NCBI GenBank assembly: GCA_032718475.1
Contig: JAUCBJ010007578.1
Coordinates: 3,410 to 67,409 of the forward strand
Origin: Nemertoderma westbladi
Taxonomy: Eukaryota > Animalia > Xenacoelomorpha
DNA length: 64,000 nt
Direction: 5' to 3'
This document shows, one piece after another, positions 11,887-25,300 of this stretch. Made by a program: the position numbers and the translations under genes. The notes under the pieces were generated by a model. The model did no database searches. It was not told where the DNA came from and was given only the letters and a program-made list of their open reading frames with translations. Positions within the stretch are counted from its first letter, which is position 1. Every line of letters starts with the position of its first letter.

Positions 11887-11949
11887 CTCGGGATGACGGC
11901 ATCCCCGAACGGGGATGCCGTCATCCCCGTTGGGGATGACAGTCATCCC
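11887..11949. repeat. Left-terminal cluster of three GGGATG-N4/5-CATCCC palindromes in insertion A
   Basis: Copies at 11890-11905, 11912-11927 and 11933-11949. 11887-11905 is a perfect 19-bp inverted match to 38178-38196. Confidence 0.92.
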
Positions 11950-12244
11950 GAAACTATTTATGTAATTATTTGCATAAAATTTGTGATATAGGGGTATTCC
12001 TGGGTGGAGATTTCATTTCTAATGCTGGTTTTCACTTTTGATATCGTCTGGACTGTCTGTTTGTCTGTCTGTCTGTCTTTCTATATTATTCTGTCTACCA
12101 GTTGTTTGTCATGAAATCATTTTATAATATATACAATTTTTAATAAGTGTTATTTGATTTGTGGTTAAGTTTAATACCTTAAATTTCTGTCAACTTGTGG
12201 TTTAATTGTTTGTAATAATGTAGGTCAGTATTAACCTTATGTGA

Positions 12245-15200
12245 CATGAACACGATTTGAGATTGGGGATGACAGCATCCCTAAATCTAGATTCACCCCA
12301 AATTTCTGTCAACTTGAGGTTGGCACTAGTGAAATATATTGTAATAAGTAGGTCTAACCTTAACCCCAACTACCTTATGCGACATGAACACAATTTGAAT
12401 CTAGAATTGGGGATGTCAGCATCCCTAAATCTAGATTCACCTCAAATTTTTGTCAACTTGAGGTTGGTACTAGTGAAATAGTTTATAATAATGTAGGTCA
12501 CTATTAACCTTAACCACAACTACCTTATGTGACATAATCAAGATTTGAGTCTAGAATTGGGGATGACTGCATCCCTAATTCTAGATTCACCTCAAATTTC
12601 TGTCAACTTGAAATTGGTACTAATGAAATAGTTTGTAATAATGTAGGTCAGTATTAACCTTAACCACAACTACATTATGTGACATGAACACGATTTGAGT
12701 CTAGAATTGGGGATGACTGCATCCCTAATTCTAGATTCACCTCAAATTTCTGTCAACTTGAAATTGGTACTAATGAAATAGTTTGTAATAATGTAGGTCA
12801 GTATTAACCTTAACCACAACTACCTTATGTGACATAATCAAGATTTGAGTCTAGAATTGGGGATGACTGCATCCCTAATTCTAGATTCACCTCAAATTTC
12901 TGTCAACTTGAAATTGGTACTAATGAAATAGTTTGTAATAATGTAGGTCAGTATTAACCTTAACCACAACTACCTTATGTGACATGAACACGATTTGAGT
13001 CTAGAATTGGGGATGACTGCATCCCTAATTCTAGATTCACCTCAAATTTCTGTCAACTTGAAATTGGTACTAATGAAATAGTTTGTAATAATGTAGGTCA
13101 CTATTAACCTTAACCACAACTACCTTATGTGACATAATCAAGATTTGAGTCTAGAATTGGGGATGACTGCATCCCTAATTCTAGATTCACCTCAAATTTC
13201 TGTCAACTTGAAATTGGTACTAGTGAAATAGTTTGTAATAATGTAGGTCAGTATTAACCTTAACCACAACTACCTTATGTGACATGAACACGATTTGAGT
13301 CTAGAATTGGGGATGACAGCATCCCTAAATCTAGATTCACCTCAAATTTATGTCAACTTTAGGTTGGTACTAGTGAAATAGTTTGTAATAATGTAGGTCA
13401 GTATTAACCTTAACCACAACTACCTTATGTGACAAGAACACAATTTGAGTCTAGAATTGGGGATGTCAGCATCCCTAAATCTAGATTCACCTCAAATTTA
13501 TGTCAACTTTAGGTTGGTACTAGTGAAATAGTTTGTAATAATGTAGGTCAGTATTAACCTTAACCACAACTACCTTATGTGACATGAACACAATTTGAGT
13601 CTAGAATTGGGGATGTCAGCATCCCTAAATCTAGATTCACCTCAAATTTATGTCAACTTTAGGTTGGTACTAGTGAAATAGTTTGTAATAATGTAGGTCA
13701 GTATTAACCTTAACCACAACTACCTTATGTGACATGAACACAATTTGAGTCTAGAATTGGGGATGTCAGCATCCCTAAATCTAGATTCACCTCAAATTTA
13801 TGTCAACTTTAGGTTGGTACTAGTGAAATAGTTTGTAATAATGTAGGTCAGTATTAACCTTAACCACAACTACCTTATGTGACAAGAACACGATATGAGT
13901 CTAGAATTGGGGGGGAACAGGGGATGATACCAATCTCAAGTTGACACGAAAATGAGTTGAACCTAAAGTTAGGGATGATGTCATCCCCAATTATAGATTC
14001 ATCTCAATTTCGTGTCAACTTGAGGTTGGTACTAGTGAAATAGTTTGTCATAATGTAGGTCAGTATTAACCTTAACCACAACTACCTTATGTGACATGAA
14101 CACAGTTTGAGTCTAGAATTGGGGATGACAGCATCCCTAATTCTAGATTCACCTCAAATTTCTGTCAACTTGAGGTTGGCACTAGTGAAATAGTTTGTAA
14201 TAATGTAGGTCAGTATTAACCTTAACCACAACTACCTTATGTGACATGAACACGATTTGAGTCTAGAATTGGGGGGGGGGGGGGGGGGGCAGGGGATCAT
14301 ACCAACCTCAAGTTGACACAAAAATGAGTTGAACCTAAAGTTAGGGATGATGTCATCCCCAATTATAGATTCATCTCATTTTCGTGTCAACTTGAGTTTG
14401 GTACTAGTGAAATAGTTTGTAATAATGTAGGTCAGTATTAACCTTAACCACAACTACCTTATGTGATATGAAAACAATTTGAGTCTAGAATTGGGGATGA
14501 CAGCATCCCTAATTCTAGATTCACCTCAAATTTCTGTCAACTTGAGTTTGGTACTAGTGAAATAGTTTGTAATAATGTAGGTCAGTATTAACCTTAACCA
14601 CAACTACCTTATGTGACATGAAAACAATTTGAGTCTAGAATTGGGGATGACAGCATCCCTAATTCTAGATTCACCTCAAATTTCTGTCAACTTGAGGTTG
14701 GTACTAGTGAAATAGTTTGTTATAATGTAGGTCAGTATTAACCTTAACCCCAACTACCTTATGTGACATGAACAAGATTTCAGTCTAGAATTGGGGGGGA
14801 ACAGGGGATGATACCAACCTCAAGTTAACACGAAAATGAGTTGAACCTAAAGTTAGGGATGATGTCATCCCCAATTGTAGATTCATCTCATTTTCGTGTC
14901 AACTTGAGGTTGGTACTAGTGAAATAGTTTGTAATAATGTAGGTCAGTATTAACCTTAACCACAACTACCTTATGTGACATGAACACGATTTGAGTCTAG
15001 AATTGGGGATGACAGCATCCCTAAATCTAGATTCACCTCAAATTTCTGTCAACTTGAGTTTGGTACTAGTGAAATAGTTTGTAATAATGTACGTCAGTAT
15101 TAACCTGAACCACAACTACCTTATGTGACAAGAACACGACTTGAGTCTAGAATTGGGGGGGAACAGGGGATGATACCAACCTCAAGTTAACACTCAAGTT

Positions 15201-18200
15201 AGGGATGATGTCATCCCCAATTATAGATTCATCTCATTTTCGTGTCAACTTGAGGTTGGTACTAGTGAAATAGTTTGTAATAATGTAGGTCAGTATTAAC
15301 CTTAACCACAACTACCTTATGTGACATGAACACGATTTGAGTCTAGAATTGGGGATGACAGCATCCCTAAATCTAGATTCACCTCAAATTTCTGTCAACT
15401 TGAGTTTGGTACTAGTGAAATAGTTTGTAATAATGTAGGTCAGTATTAACCTTAACCACAACTACCTTATGTGACATGAACACGATTTGAGTCTAGAATT
15501 GGGGATGACAGCATCCCTAATTCTAGATTCACCTCAAATTTCTGTCAACTTGAGGTTGGTACTAGTGAAATATTTTGTAATGATGTAGGTCAGTATTAAC
15601 CTTAACCACAACTACCTTAAGTGACGTGAACACGATTTGAGTCTAGAGTTGGGGATGACAGCATCCCTAATTCTAGATTCACCACAAATTTCTGTCAACT
15701 TGAGTTTAGTACTAGTGAAATAGTTTGTAATAATGTAGGTCAGTATTAACCTTAACCCCAACTACCTTATGTGACATGAACACAATTTGAGTCTAGAATT
15801 GGGGATGTCAGCATCCCTAAATCTAGATTCACCTCAAATTTATGTCAACTTTAGGTTGGTACTAGTGAAATAGTTTGTAATAATGTAGGTCAGTATTAAC
15901 CTTAACCATAACTACCTTATGTGACAAGAACACGACTTGAGTCTAGAATTGGGGGGGAACAGGGGATGATACCAACATCAAGTTAACACTCAAGTTAGGG
16001 ATGATGTCATCCCCAATTATAGATTCATCTCATTTTTGTGTTAACTTGAGGTTGGTACTAGTGAAATAGTTTGTAATAATGTAGGTCAGTATTAACCTTA
16101 ACCACAACTACCTTATGTGACATGAAAACAATTTGAGTCTAGAATTGGGGATGACAGCATCCCTAATTCTAGATTCACCTCGAATTTCTGTCAACTTGAG
16201 GTTGGTACTAGTGAAATAGTTTGTAATAATGTAGGTCAGTATTAACCTTAACCACAACTACCTTATGTGACATGAACACGATTTGAGTCTAGAATTGGGG
16301 ATGACAGCATCCCTAAATCTAGATTCACCTCAAATTTCTGTCAACTTGAGGTTGGTACTAGTGAAATAGTTTGTAATAATGTAGGTCAGTATTAACCTGA
16401 ACCACAACTACCTTATGTGACATGAACACGATTTGAGTCTAGAATTGGGGATGACAGCATCCCTAATTCTAGATTCACCTCAAATTTCTGTCATCTTGAG
16501 GTTGGTACTAGTGAAATAGTTTGTAATAATGTACGTCAGTATTAACCTGAACCACAACTACCTTATGTGACAAGAACACGACTTGAGTCTAGAATTGGGG
16601 GGGAACAGGGGATGATACCAACCTCAAGTTAACACTCAAGTTAGGGATGATGTCATCCCCAATTATAGATTCATCTCAATTTCGTGTCAACTTGAGGTTG
16701 GTACTAGTGAAATAGTTTGTAATAATGTAGGTCAGTATTAACCTGAACCACAACTACCTTATGTGACATAAACACGATTTCAGTCTAGAATTGGGGATGA
16801 CAGCATCCCAAATCAAGATTCATTTCAAATGTCTGCCATCTTGAGGCTGGTACTAGTGAAATAGTTTGTAATAATGTAGGTTAGTATTAACCTTAACCAC
16901 AACTACCTTATGTGACAAGAACACGATTTGAGTCTAGAATTGGGGGGGAACAGGGGATGATACCAACCTCAAGTTAACACGAAAATGAGTTGAACCTAAA
17001 GTTAGGGATGATGTCATCCCCAATTATAGATTCATCTCATTTTCGTGTCAACTTGAGGTTGGTACTAGTGAAATAGTTTGTAATAATGTAGGTCAGTATT
17101 AACCTTAACCACAACTACCTTATGTGATATGAAAACAATTTGAGTCTAGAATTTGGGATGACAGCATCCCTAATTCTAGATTCACCTCAAATTTCTGTCA
17201 ACTTGAGTTTGGTACTAGTGAAATAGTTTGTAATAATGTACGTCAGTATTAACCTGAACCACAACTACCTTATGTGACATGAAAACAATTTGAGTCTAGA
17301 ATTGGGGAGGACAGCATCCCTAATTCTAGATTCACCTCAAATTTCTGTCAACTTGAGGTTGGTACTAGTGAAATAGTTTGTTATAATGTAGGTCAGTATT
17401 AACCTTAACCCCAACTACCTTATGTGACAAGAACACGATTTGAGTCTAGAATTGGGGGGGAACAGGGGATGATACCAACCTCAAGTTAACACGAAAATGA
17501 GTTGAACCTAAAGTTAGGGATGATGTCATCCCCAATTGTAGATTCATCTCATTTTCGTGTCAACTTTAGGTTGGTACTAGTGAAATAGTTTGTAATAATG
17601 TAGGTTAGTATTAACCTTAACCACAACTACCTTATGTGACAAGAACACGATTTGAGTCTAGAATTGGGGGGGGAACAGGGGATGATACCAACCTCAAGTT
17701 AACACGAAAATGAGTTGAACCTAAAGTTAGGGATGATGTCATCCCCAATTATAGATTCATCTCATTTTCGTGTCAACTTGAGGTTGGTACTAGTGAAATA
17801 GTTTGTAATAATGTAGGTCAGTATTAACCTTAACCACAACTACCTTATAGACTAGACCTTATAGACCGAGACTAGATTTGGAGATGACAGCATCCCTAAT
17901 TCTAGATTCACCTCAAATTTATGTCAACTTGAGATTGGTACTAGTGAAATAGTTTGTAATAATGTAGGTCAGTATTAACCTTAATCACAACTACCTTATA
18001 GACTAGACCTTATAGACCGAGACTAGATTTGGAGATGACAGCATCCCTAATTCTAGATTCACCTCAAATTTCTGTCAACTTGAGATTGGTACTAGTGAAA
18101 TAGTTTGTAATAATGTAGGTCAGTATTAACCTTAATCACAACTACCTTATAGACTAGACCTTATAGACCGAGACTAGATTTGGAGATGACAGCATCCCTA

Positions 18201-18521
18201 ATTCTAGATTCACCTCAAATTTATGTCAACTTGAGATTGGTACTAGTGAAATAGTTTGTAATAATGTAGGTCAGTATTAACCTTAATCACAACTACCTTA
18301 TAGACTAGACCTTATAGACCGAGACTAGATTTGGAGATGACAGCATCCCTAATTCTAGATTCACCTCAAATTTCTGTCAACTTGAGATTGGTACTAGTGA
18401 AATAGTTTGTAATAATGTAGGTCAGTATTAACCTTAACCACAACTACCTTATAGACTAGACCTTATAGACCGAGACTAGATTTGGGGATGACAGCATCCC
18501 TAATTCTAGATTCACCTCAAA
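12245..18521. repeat. 150-bp satellite (roughly 40 units, some with longer foldback variants) centred on the TCTAGAATTGGGGATGACAGCATCCCTAATTCTAGA hairpin
   Basis: Lines repeat in register every 300 bp with two units per period (e.g. 12541 vs 12841). Confidence 0.97.
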
Positions 18522-19384
18522 TAGCACAGGTTCCAGTGTATATTTACTATATTTTTTTGTACTACCAAAACGTACCCATTACATAATTGTTAAAACGTAT
18601 GCAGTATTCCTTATTTGTGTGCTCTCTAGACCAGTGAATTAATTTGTTGTATGTATTAATTATGCTATGTAGCCCTATATTTCGTATATTTGGTGAATGA
18701 ATATAATAATAATAATATTTATAATATTTGTGATTTTTCAAAAATCCTGTCTACATTGGGTTACATCTGACAGTCGCTGGTATGTTTCTCACTACAGATG
18801 ATGTCTTTTAGCATCAGGCCAATGTAATTTATTCTAGACGTTCAATACAACATGTCAGTATGAATGCCAGCACCCAGGGAAGTTGAACCACGCTCCCACC
18901 CGTACCTGAGTCCAGGATGAACTTGCCAAGATGTTATATTAATCTTGCAAACAACTTGCTACCATGACTTACTTAGTTTAGTACAAGTACTGACAAGTTT
19001 AAACTGTAATAAGCGTATATAAGTTAGGTGAAAATCCATATATAAGTTCTGTGAAAAAACTGTATCTTTTTAATCTCTAATCTATTCATTTGGTCTAATC
19101 CTTTTAGATTTACATAAAAGTTAATAGCTACATACTATTAGAGTGATAGGAACATGTGATCATAGTTCAGGAGACTTTCTTGCTCAACAATAATTTGAAA
19201 CTTACTTCAGGTTTTGTCATAAACAAACAGTTATAAGTTATACTGTAAAGTTAAACCGTATATAAGTTAGGAGGTAAAACCGTATATAAGTTAGGAGGTA
19301 AAACCGTATATAAGTTAGGGGATACTTTCTATCAGATTTGCATTGAGTTGATAGGTACCTACGATCAGAGCAATAGGTACGTAA

Positions 19385-22300
19385 ATAGGTAGGTAGGTTG
19401 GGTAGGGAGTAGGGGGCAGGGAACAGGAGTAGAAGTAGGATAAAGGGGGAACAGCATTCAGAGAGCAAGGATAAGGGAGCAGTGAGCGTGGATCAGCGGG
19501 TAGGGAGCAGTATTCAGGGAATAGGGAGCAAGTGCAGGGAGCATGGAACAGGGAGTAGGGTAAAGGGGGCTCAGATTGCAGTGAGCATGGATCAGAGGCA
19601 TGGGGCAGGGGGGGTGCATGGAGCTGGTAGTAGGGATTAGTGTGAAGGGGCAGGGAGCAGGAATTAGGGGTAGGAAGTAGGGAGGGAGCAGGGAGTAGAG
19701 AGCAGGTAGTATGGAGCAAGGAGCAGGGAGCAGTAAATGGGGCAGGGATCAGGGGGTACGGAGTATGGAAAAAGGTGCAGGGAGAGGGGAGTAGGGAACA
19801 GGGGGCAGGGAGAAAAAGCAGGGAGCAGGAGGTAGGGAGCAGGGATCATGAAGCAGGGAGTATGGAGCAGTGGGTAGGGACGAGTAGGAAACAGGGAGTG
19901 GGTAAAGGGGGCTCAGATTGCAGAGAGCATGGATCAGGGGTAGGGGGCATGGAGCAGGGAGTAGGGAGCAGTGAGAAGGGGCATGGAGCATGGAGCATGG
20001 AGCAGGAATTAGGGGTAGGGAGGGAGCAGGTAGTATGGAGCAGCGAGCAATAAAAGGGGCAGGGATCAAGGGGTAGGGAGTTTGGAAAAGGGTGCAGGGG
20101 TCGTGGAGTATGGAACAGTGAGCAGGAAGCAAAAGCATGGAGAAGGAGGTAGGGAGCATGGATGATGGAGCAAGGGGCAGGGAGTGTGGAGCAGTGGGTA
20201 AGGAGTAGGGGACATGAGTAGGGAACAGGGGGCACAGATTACATAGAGTGGGGGCCATGGATCAGGAGGTATGGAGCAGGAGCAGGGAGTAGGGAGAATG
20301 GGCAGCGAGCAGGTTGCAGAGAGCTGGGAGTAGGGAGCAGTTAGCAGGGGGCATGGAGCAGGGATCAGAGAGCAGGGGGCATAAATTAGGGGTAGGGAGT
20401 AGGGAGGGAGCATATGGCAGGGAGAAGGGAGCAGAGGGTAGGGAGCAGGGATCAAGGAGCTGGGAGCAATGAGCCGGGTCCAGGGAGCATGAAAAAGGAC
20501 AGGAATCAGGGGTATGGAGTAGGAAGCAGGGAGTGGGGAGTAAGGGGCAGTGAGCAGGGGGCATAGATCAGGGAGAAAATTCAGAGAGCAGGAGCAGGCC
20601 GTAGGGGTCAGGAAGCGGGGATCAGGGAATATAGAGCAGTGGGCATGGAGCAGAAAGCATGGATCATGGGGCATGGAGTAGGGAGCGAGGAGGTGGGAGC
20701 AGGGAGCAGGAATCTGAGAGCAGAGGACAGGGGCAGGGATCAGGGTGTTGGGTGCAGGGAGCAGGCGGTATGGAGTAGGGAGCAGATAACAGGGGGTAGG
20801 GAGCAGGGATCTGGGATCTGAGAGAAAGGAGCCGGGAACAGGGAGCGCTGGAACAGTAGCTGGAATAAGGGGGTAGGGAGCCGGGTACAGGGAGCTATGG
20901 GAGTAGGGGACAGTGAACAGGGGGCAGGGATCTAGGAGCATGGAGCAGGGTGCAGGGATTTTGGGGCAAGGAGCTTGGCTTGGAGCAGGGGGGATGTATT
21001 AGGGGTATGGAGTACAGAGGGAGCAGATGGCAGGGAGAAGGGAACATGGAGTAGGGAACAGAGAGCAGGGAGTATGGGGGCAGGGGGCAGGGATAAGGTA
21101 CCAAGGAGCTGGGAGCAATGAGCCTGATCCAGGGAGCAGGAAATGGGAGATGGATCCGGGGGTAGGGAGTGGGGAGTAAGGAGCAGGGGGCATGGAGAAA
21201 GGAGCAGAGCGTAGGGATCAGGAAGCAAGGAGCAGGTGGCAGGAAGCAGGGAATATGGAGCAGTGGGCATGTAGCAGGGAGCTTGGATCAGGGAGCAGTG
21301 GGCATGGCGTAGGGAGCGAGGGAGTAGGAGAAGGGAGCAGGAATTTGAGAGCAGGGAGCAGAAACAGGGGAAGGAATCAGGGGGTAGGGAGCCGGGTGCA
21401 GGGAGCAGTTGGTAGGGAGCAGAGAGCACGGATCAGGTGAAGTGAGCCTGGAGCAGGGATCTGAGAGAAAGGAGCTGGGAGCAGGAACAGGAGCTGGAAT
21501 AAGGGGGTAGGGAGCAGGGAGCCGGGTGCAGGGAGCAGCGGTTATGAACAGGGAGCAGGAAGCTGGGATCTGGGCGCAAGGAGGCGGGAGCAGGAAGCAG
21601 CGGTTACGCAGTAGGGGGCAGGAATCGGGAGGCAGGGGCACAGCTTGCAGGGTACAGGGATCTTGGATCAGGGTGTTGGGATCATGAGGAGGGAGTGGGG
21701 TGCAGGTAGCAGGGAGTAAGGAGCAGTAAGCATGAGTAGGGCGAAGGTAAATGGGGCACAGCTTGCAGAGAGCAGTGAGCAGGGGGTAGGGAGTGGGGAG
21801 AAAGGAGCAGGGGAATAGGGGCCACGGAACAGGAGTGGGAGTAGGGTAAAGGGGGCACAGCTGGCAGAGAGCAGAGTGCAGGGGATAGGGAGCAGGGAGA
21901 AGGGGCCGGGGGCATGGAACAGGGAGCATGGAAAGTGAGCATGAAAAGGGGTAGGGATCAGGGGTTGGGAGCAGGGAGTAGGCGGCATTGAGCAGATGGT
22001 AGGGATCAGGGCAAGCGTAGAGAAGGGATCAGGGAATTGGGAGTAGGGGGCATGGAGCAGGGAGCACAGAGCAGGGATCATGGAGCAGGGGGCATATATA
22101 GGGAGCAGGGAGTAGGGAGCGATTATCTGGGAGCAGGGAGCAGGAATTTGAAAGCATGGATAAGAGGATATGGATCAGAATAGAAGGATAGAAAGTAGGG
22201 AGCATGGGCAGGGAGCAAGGATCAGGGGGCATGGAGAGGGAGCACGAGTAGGAGTAGGGTAAATGGGGCTCAGATTGCAGATAGCAGGGGGCATGGATCA

Positions 22301-25300
22301 GGGTTATGGAGCAGGGAGTAGATAGCAGGAGCAGTGAGCTGGGAGCAGGGAGCCGGGGACAGGGTGCGGGGAGCACGGATAAGAGATCATGGTGCAGGAA
22401 GCAGGGAGCCGGTGTCAGGGAGCATGGAGCTTGGTGCAGGGAGCAGGGAGCAGGTGGTAGGGAGCAGGGGCCAGGGAGCATGGAGCAGTTATCAGGAATC
22501 AGGGATCGGGGAGCAGAGAGCAGGGGGTCAGGGAGTAGGGAGCAGTGAGAAAGGGGCAGGAGTATGGAGGAGGGATCATGGGGTAGGGAGCTGGGAGCAG
22601 GGGGTAGGAATCAGGGGGTATGAGGCAGGGAGTAGGAGCATGGAGCAGGTAGACTGGAGCAGGGATCAGGGAGCATGGAGCAGGGTATAAGGAGTAGTGA
22701 GCAGGAAGTGGAGAGCAAGGAGCATGGTCAGGGTCAGGGTGCAGGGAGATGTGATTATAGAGCAGTGAGCAGGGGGCAGGGAGCATGGAGCAGGGGAGTA
22801 AGGGCCAGGGAACAGGAGTGGGAGTAGGGTAAAGGGGGCACAGCTTGCAGAGAGCAGTGAGCAGAGTGCAGGGGATAGGGAGCAGGGAGAAGGGGCAGGT
22901 GGTATGGAACAGGGAGCAGTGAAAGAGAGCAGGAAAAGGGATAGGGATCAGGGGTTGGGAGCAGGGAGTAGGCGGCATTGAGCAGAGGGTAGGGATCAGG
23001 GAGAGTGTGGAGCAGGGAGGAGGGGGCAGGGAATTGGGAGCAGGGAGCATGGAGCAGGAATTTGAAAGCATGGATAAGGGGGTATGGATCAGAATAGAAG
23101 GATAGAAAGTAGGGAGCATGGGCAGGGAGCAAGGATCAGGGGGCATGGAGAGGGAGCACGAGTAGGAGTAGGGTAAATGGGGCTCAGATTGCAGAGAGCA
23201 GGGGCATGGATCAGGGTTATGGAGCAGGGTGCATGGTTCAAGGAGCAGGGAGTAGATAGCAGGAGCAGTGAGCTGGGAGCAGGGAGCCAGGGACAGGGTG
23301 CGGGGAGCACAGATAAGAGATCATGGTGCAGGAAGCAGGGAGCCGGTGTCAGGGAGCATGGAGCTTGGTGCAGGGAGCAGGGAGCAGGTGGTAGGGAGCA
23401 GGGGCCAGAGAGCATGGAGCAGTTATCAGGAATCAGGGATCGGGGAGCAGAGAGCAGGGGGTCAGGGAGTAGGGAGCAGTGAGAAGGGGGCAGGAGTAGG
23501 GAGGAGGGATCATGGGGTAGGGAGCTGGGAGCAGGGGGTAGGAATCAGGGGGTATGAGGCAGGGAGTAGGAGCATGGAGCAGGGATCAGGGAGCAGTGAG
23601 CAGGGAGCATGGAACGTGAGCAGGGATCATGGAGCAGGGAGTAGGAGGCGGAAAGCATAAGGCTGCGGTTAGGGGCAGGGAGCCGGCAGAAGGGAACAGG
23701 GCACCGGAAGCAGTGAGCAGAAATCAGGGATCATGGTACAGGGAACAGAGGGTAAGGAGTAGGGAGCAGGTGGCAGGGAGTCGGAAGCAGGGAGCAGGGG
23801 GCAGGGAGCATGGAGCAGGGAGCTGGGGGCAGAGAGAAGTATGCAGGGATCAGGGATTGGGAAGCAGGGATCAGGATGCAGGGAGTAGGGAACATGGAGT
23901 AGGGAACAGAGAGCAGGGAGGATGGGGGCAGGGGGCAGGGATAAGGTACCAAGGAGCTGGGAGCAATGAGCCTCATCCAGTGAGCAGGAAATGGGAGATG
24001 GATCCGGGGGTAGGGAGTGGGGAGTAAGGAGCAGGGGGCATGGAGAAGGGAGCAGAGCGTAGGGATCAGGAAGCAAGGAGCAGGTGGCAGGAAGCAGGGA
24101 ATATGGAGCAGTGGGCATGGAGCAGGGAGCTTGGATCAGGGAGCAGTGGGCATGGCGTAGGGAGCGAGGGGGTAGGAGAAGGGAGCAGGAATTTGAGAGC
24201 AGGGTGCAGAAACAGGGGCAGGAATCAGGGGGTAGGGAGCCGGGTGCAGGGAGCAGTTGGTAGGGAGCAGAGAGCAGGGGTCAGGTGAAGTGAGCCTGGA
24301 GCAGGGATCTGAGAGAAAGGAGCTGGGAGCAGGAAGAGGAGCTGGAATAATGGGGTAGGGAGCAGGGAGCCGGGTGCAGGGAGCAGCTGTTATGAACAGG
24401 GAGCAGGAAGCTGGGATCTGGGCGCAAGGAGGCGGGAGCAGGAAGCAGCGGTTACGCAGTAGGGGGCAGGAATCGTGAGGCAGGGGCACAGCTTGCAGGG
24501 TACAGGGATCTTGGATCAGGGTGTTGGGATCATGAGGAGGGAGTGGGGTGCAGGTAGCAGGGAGTAAGGAGCAGTAAGCAGGATTAGGGCGAAGGTAAAT
24601 GGGGCACAGCTTGCAGAGAGCAGTGAGCAGGGGGTAGGGAGTGGGGAGAAAGGAGCAGGGGAATAGGGGCCACGGAACAGGAGTGGGAGTAGGGTAAAGG
24701 GGGCACAGCTGGCAGAGAGCAGAGTGCAGGGGATAGGGAGCAGGGAGAAGGGGCCGGGGGCATGGAACAGGGAGCATGGAAAGTGAGCATGAAAAGGGGT
24801 AGGGATCAGGGGTTGGGAGCAGGGAGTAGGCGGCATTGAGCAGATGGTAGGGATCAGGGCAAGCGTGGAGAAGGGATCAGGGAATTGGGAGTAGGGGGCA
24901 TGGAGCAGGGAGCACAGAGCAGGGATCATGGAGCAGGGGGCATATATAGGGAGCAGGGAGTAGGGAGCGATTATCTGGGAGCAGGGAGCAGGAATTTGAA
25001 AGCATGGATAAGAGGATATGGATCAGGGTGCAGGGGATAGAAAGTTGGGAGCAGGGGCAGGGAGCAAGGAGCAGGGGGAAGGGAGGGGGAGCACGAGTAG
25101 GAGTAGGGTAAACGGGGCTCAGATTGCAGAGAGCAGGGGGCTTGGATCAGAGTTACGGAACAGGGAGCAGGGAGCATGGGATAGGGAGCAGGGGCAGTGA
25201 GCAAGGGACAGGGTGTGGGGAGCAAGGATCAGACATCATTGTCGAGAAAGCAGGGAGCCGGCGACAGGGAGCAGGGAAAAAGGTGCAGGGAGCAGGTGGT

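Noticed and set aside
11634-11939. Poly-lysine ORF
   Set aside because: R2 poly(A) tail read into 28S.
12245-18521. CRISPR-like appearance of palindromic repeats (also 50967-63625)
   Set aside because: Sequences between palindromes are near-identical rather than unique spacers; eukaryotic context and no cas genes.
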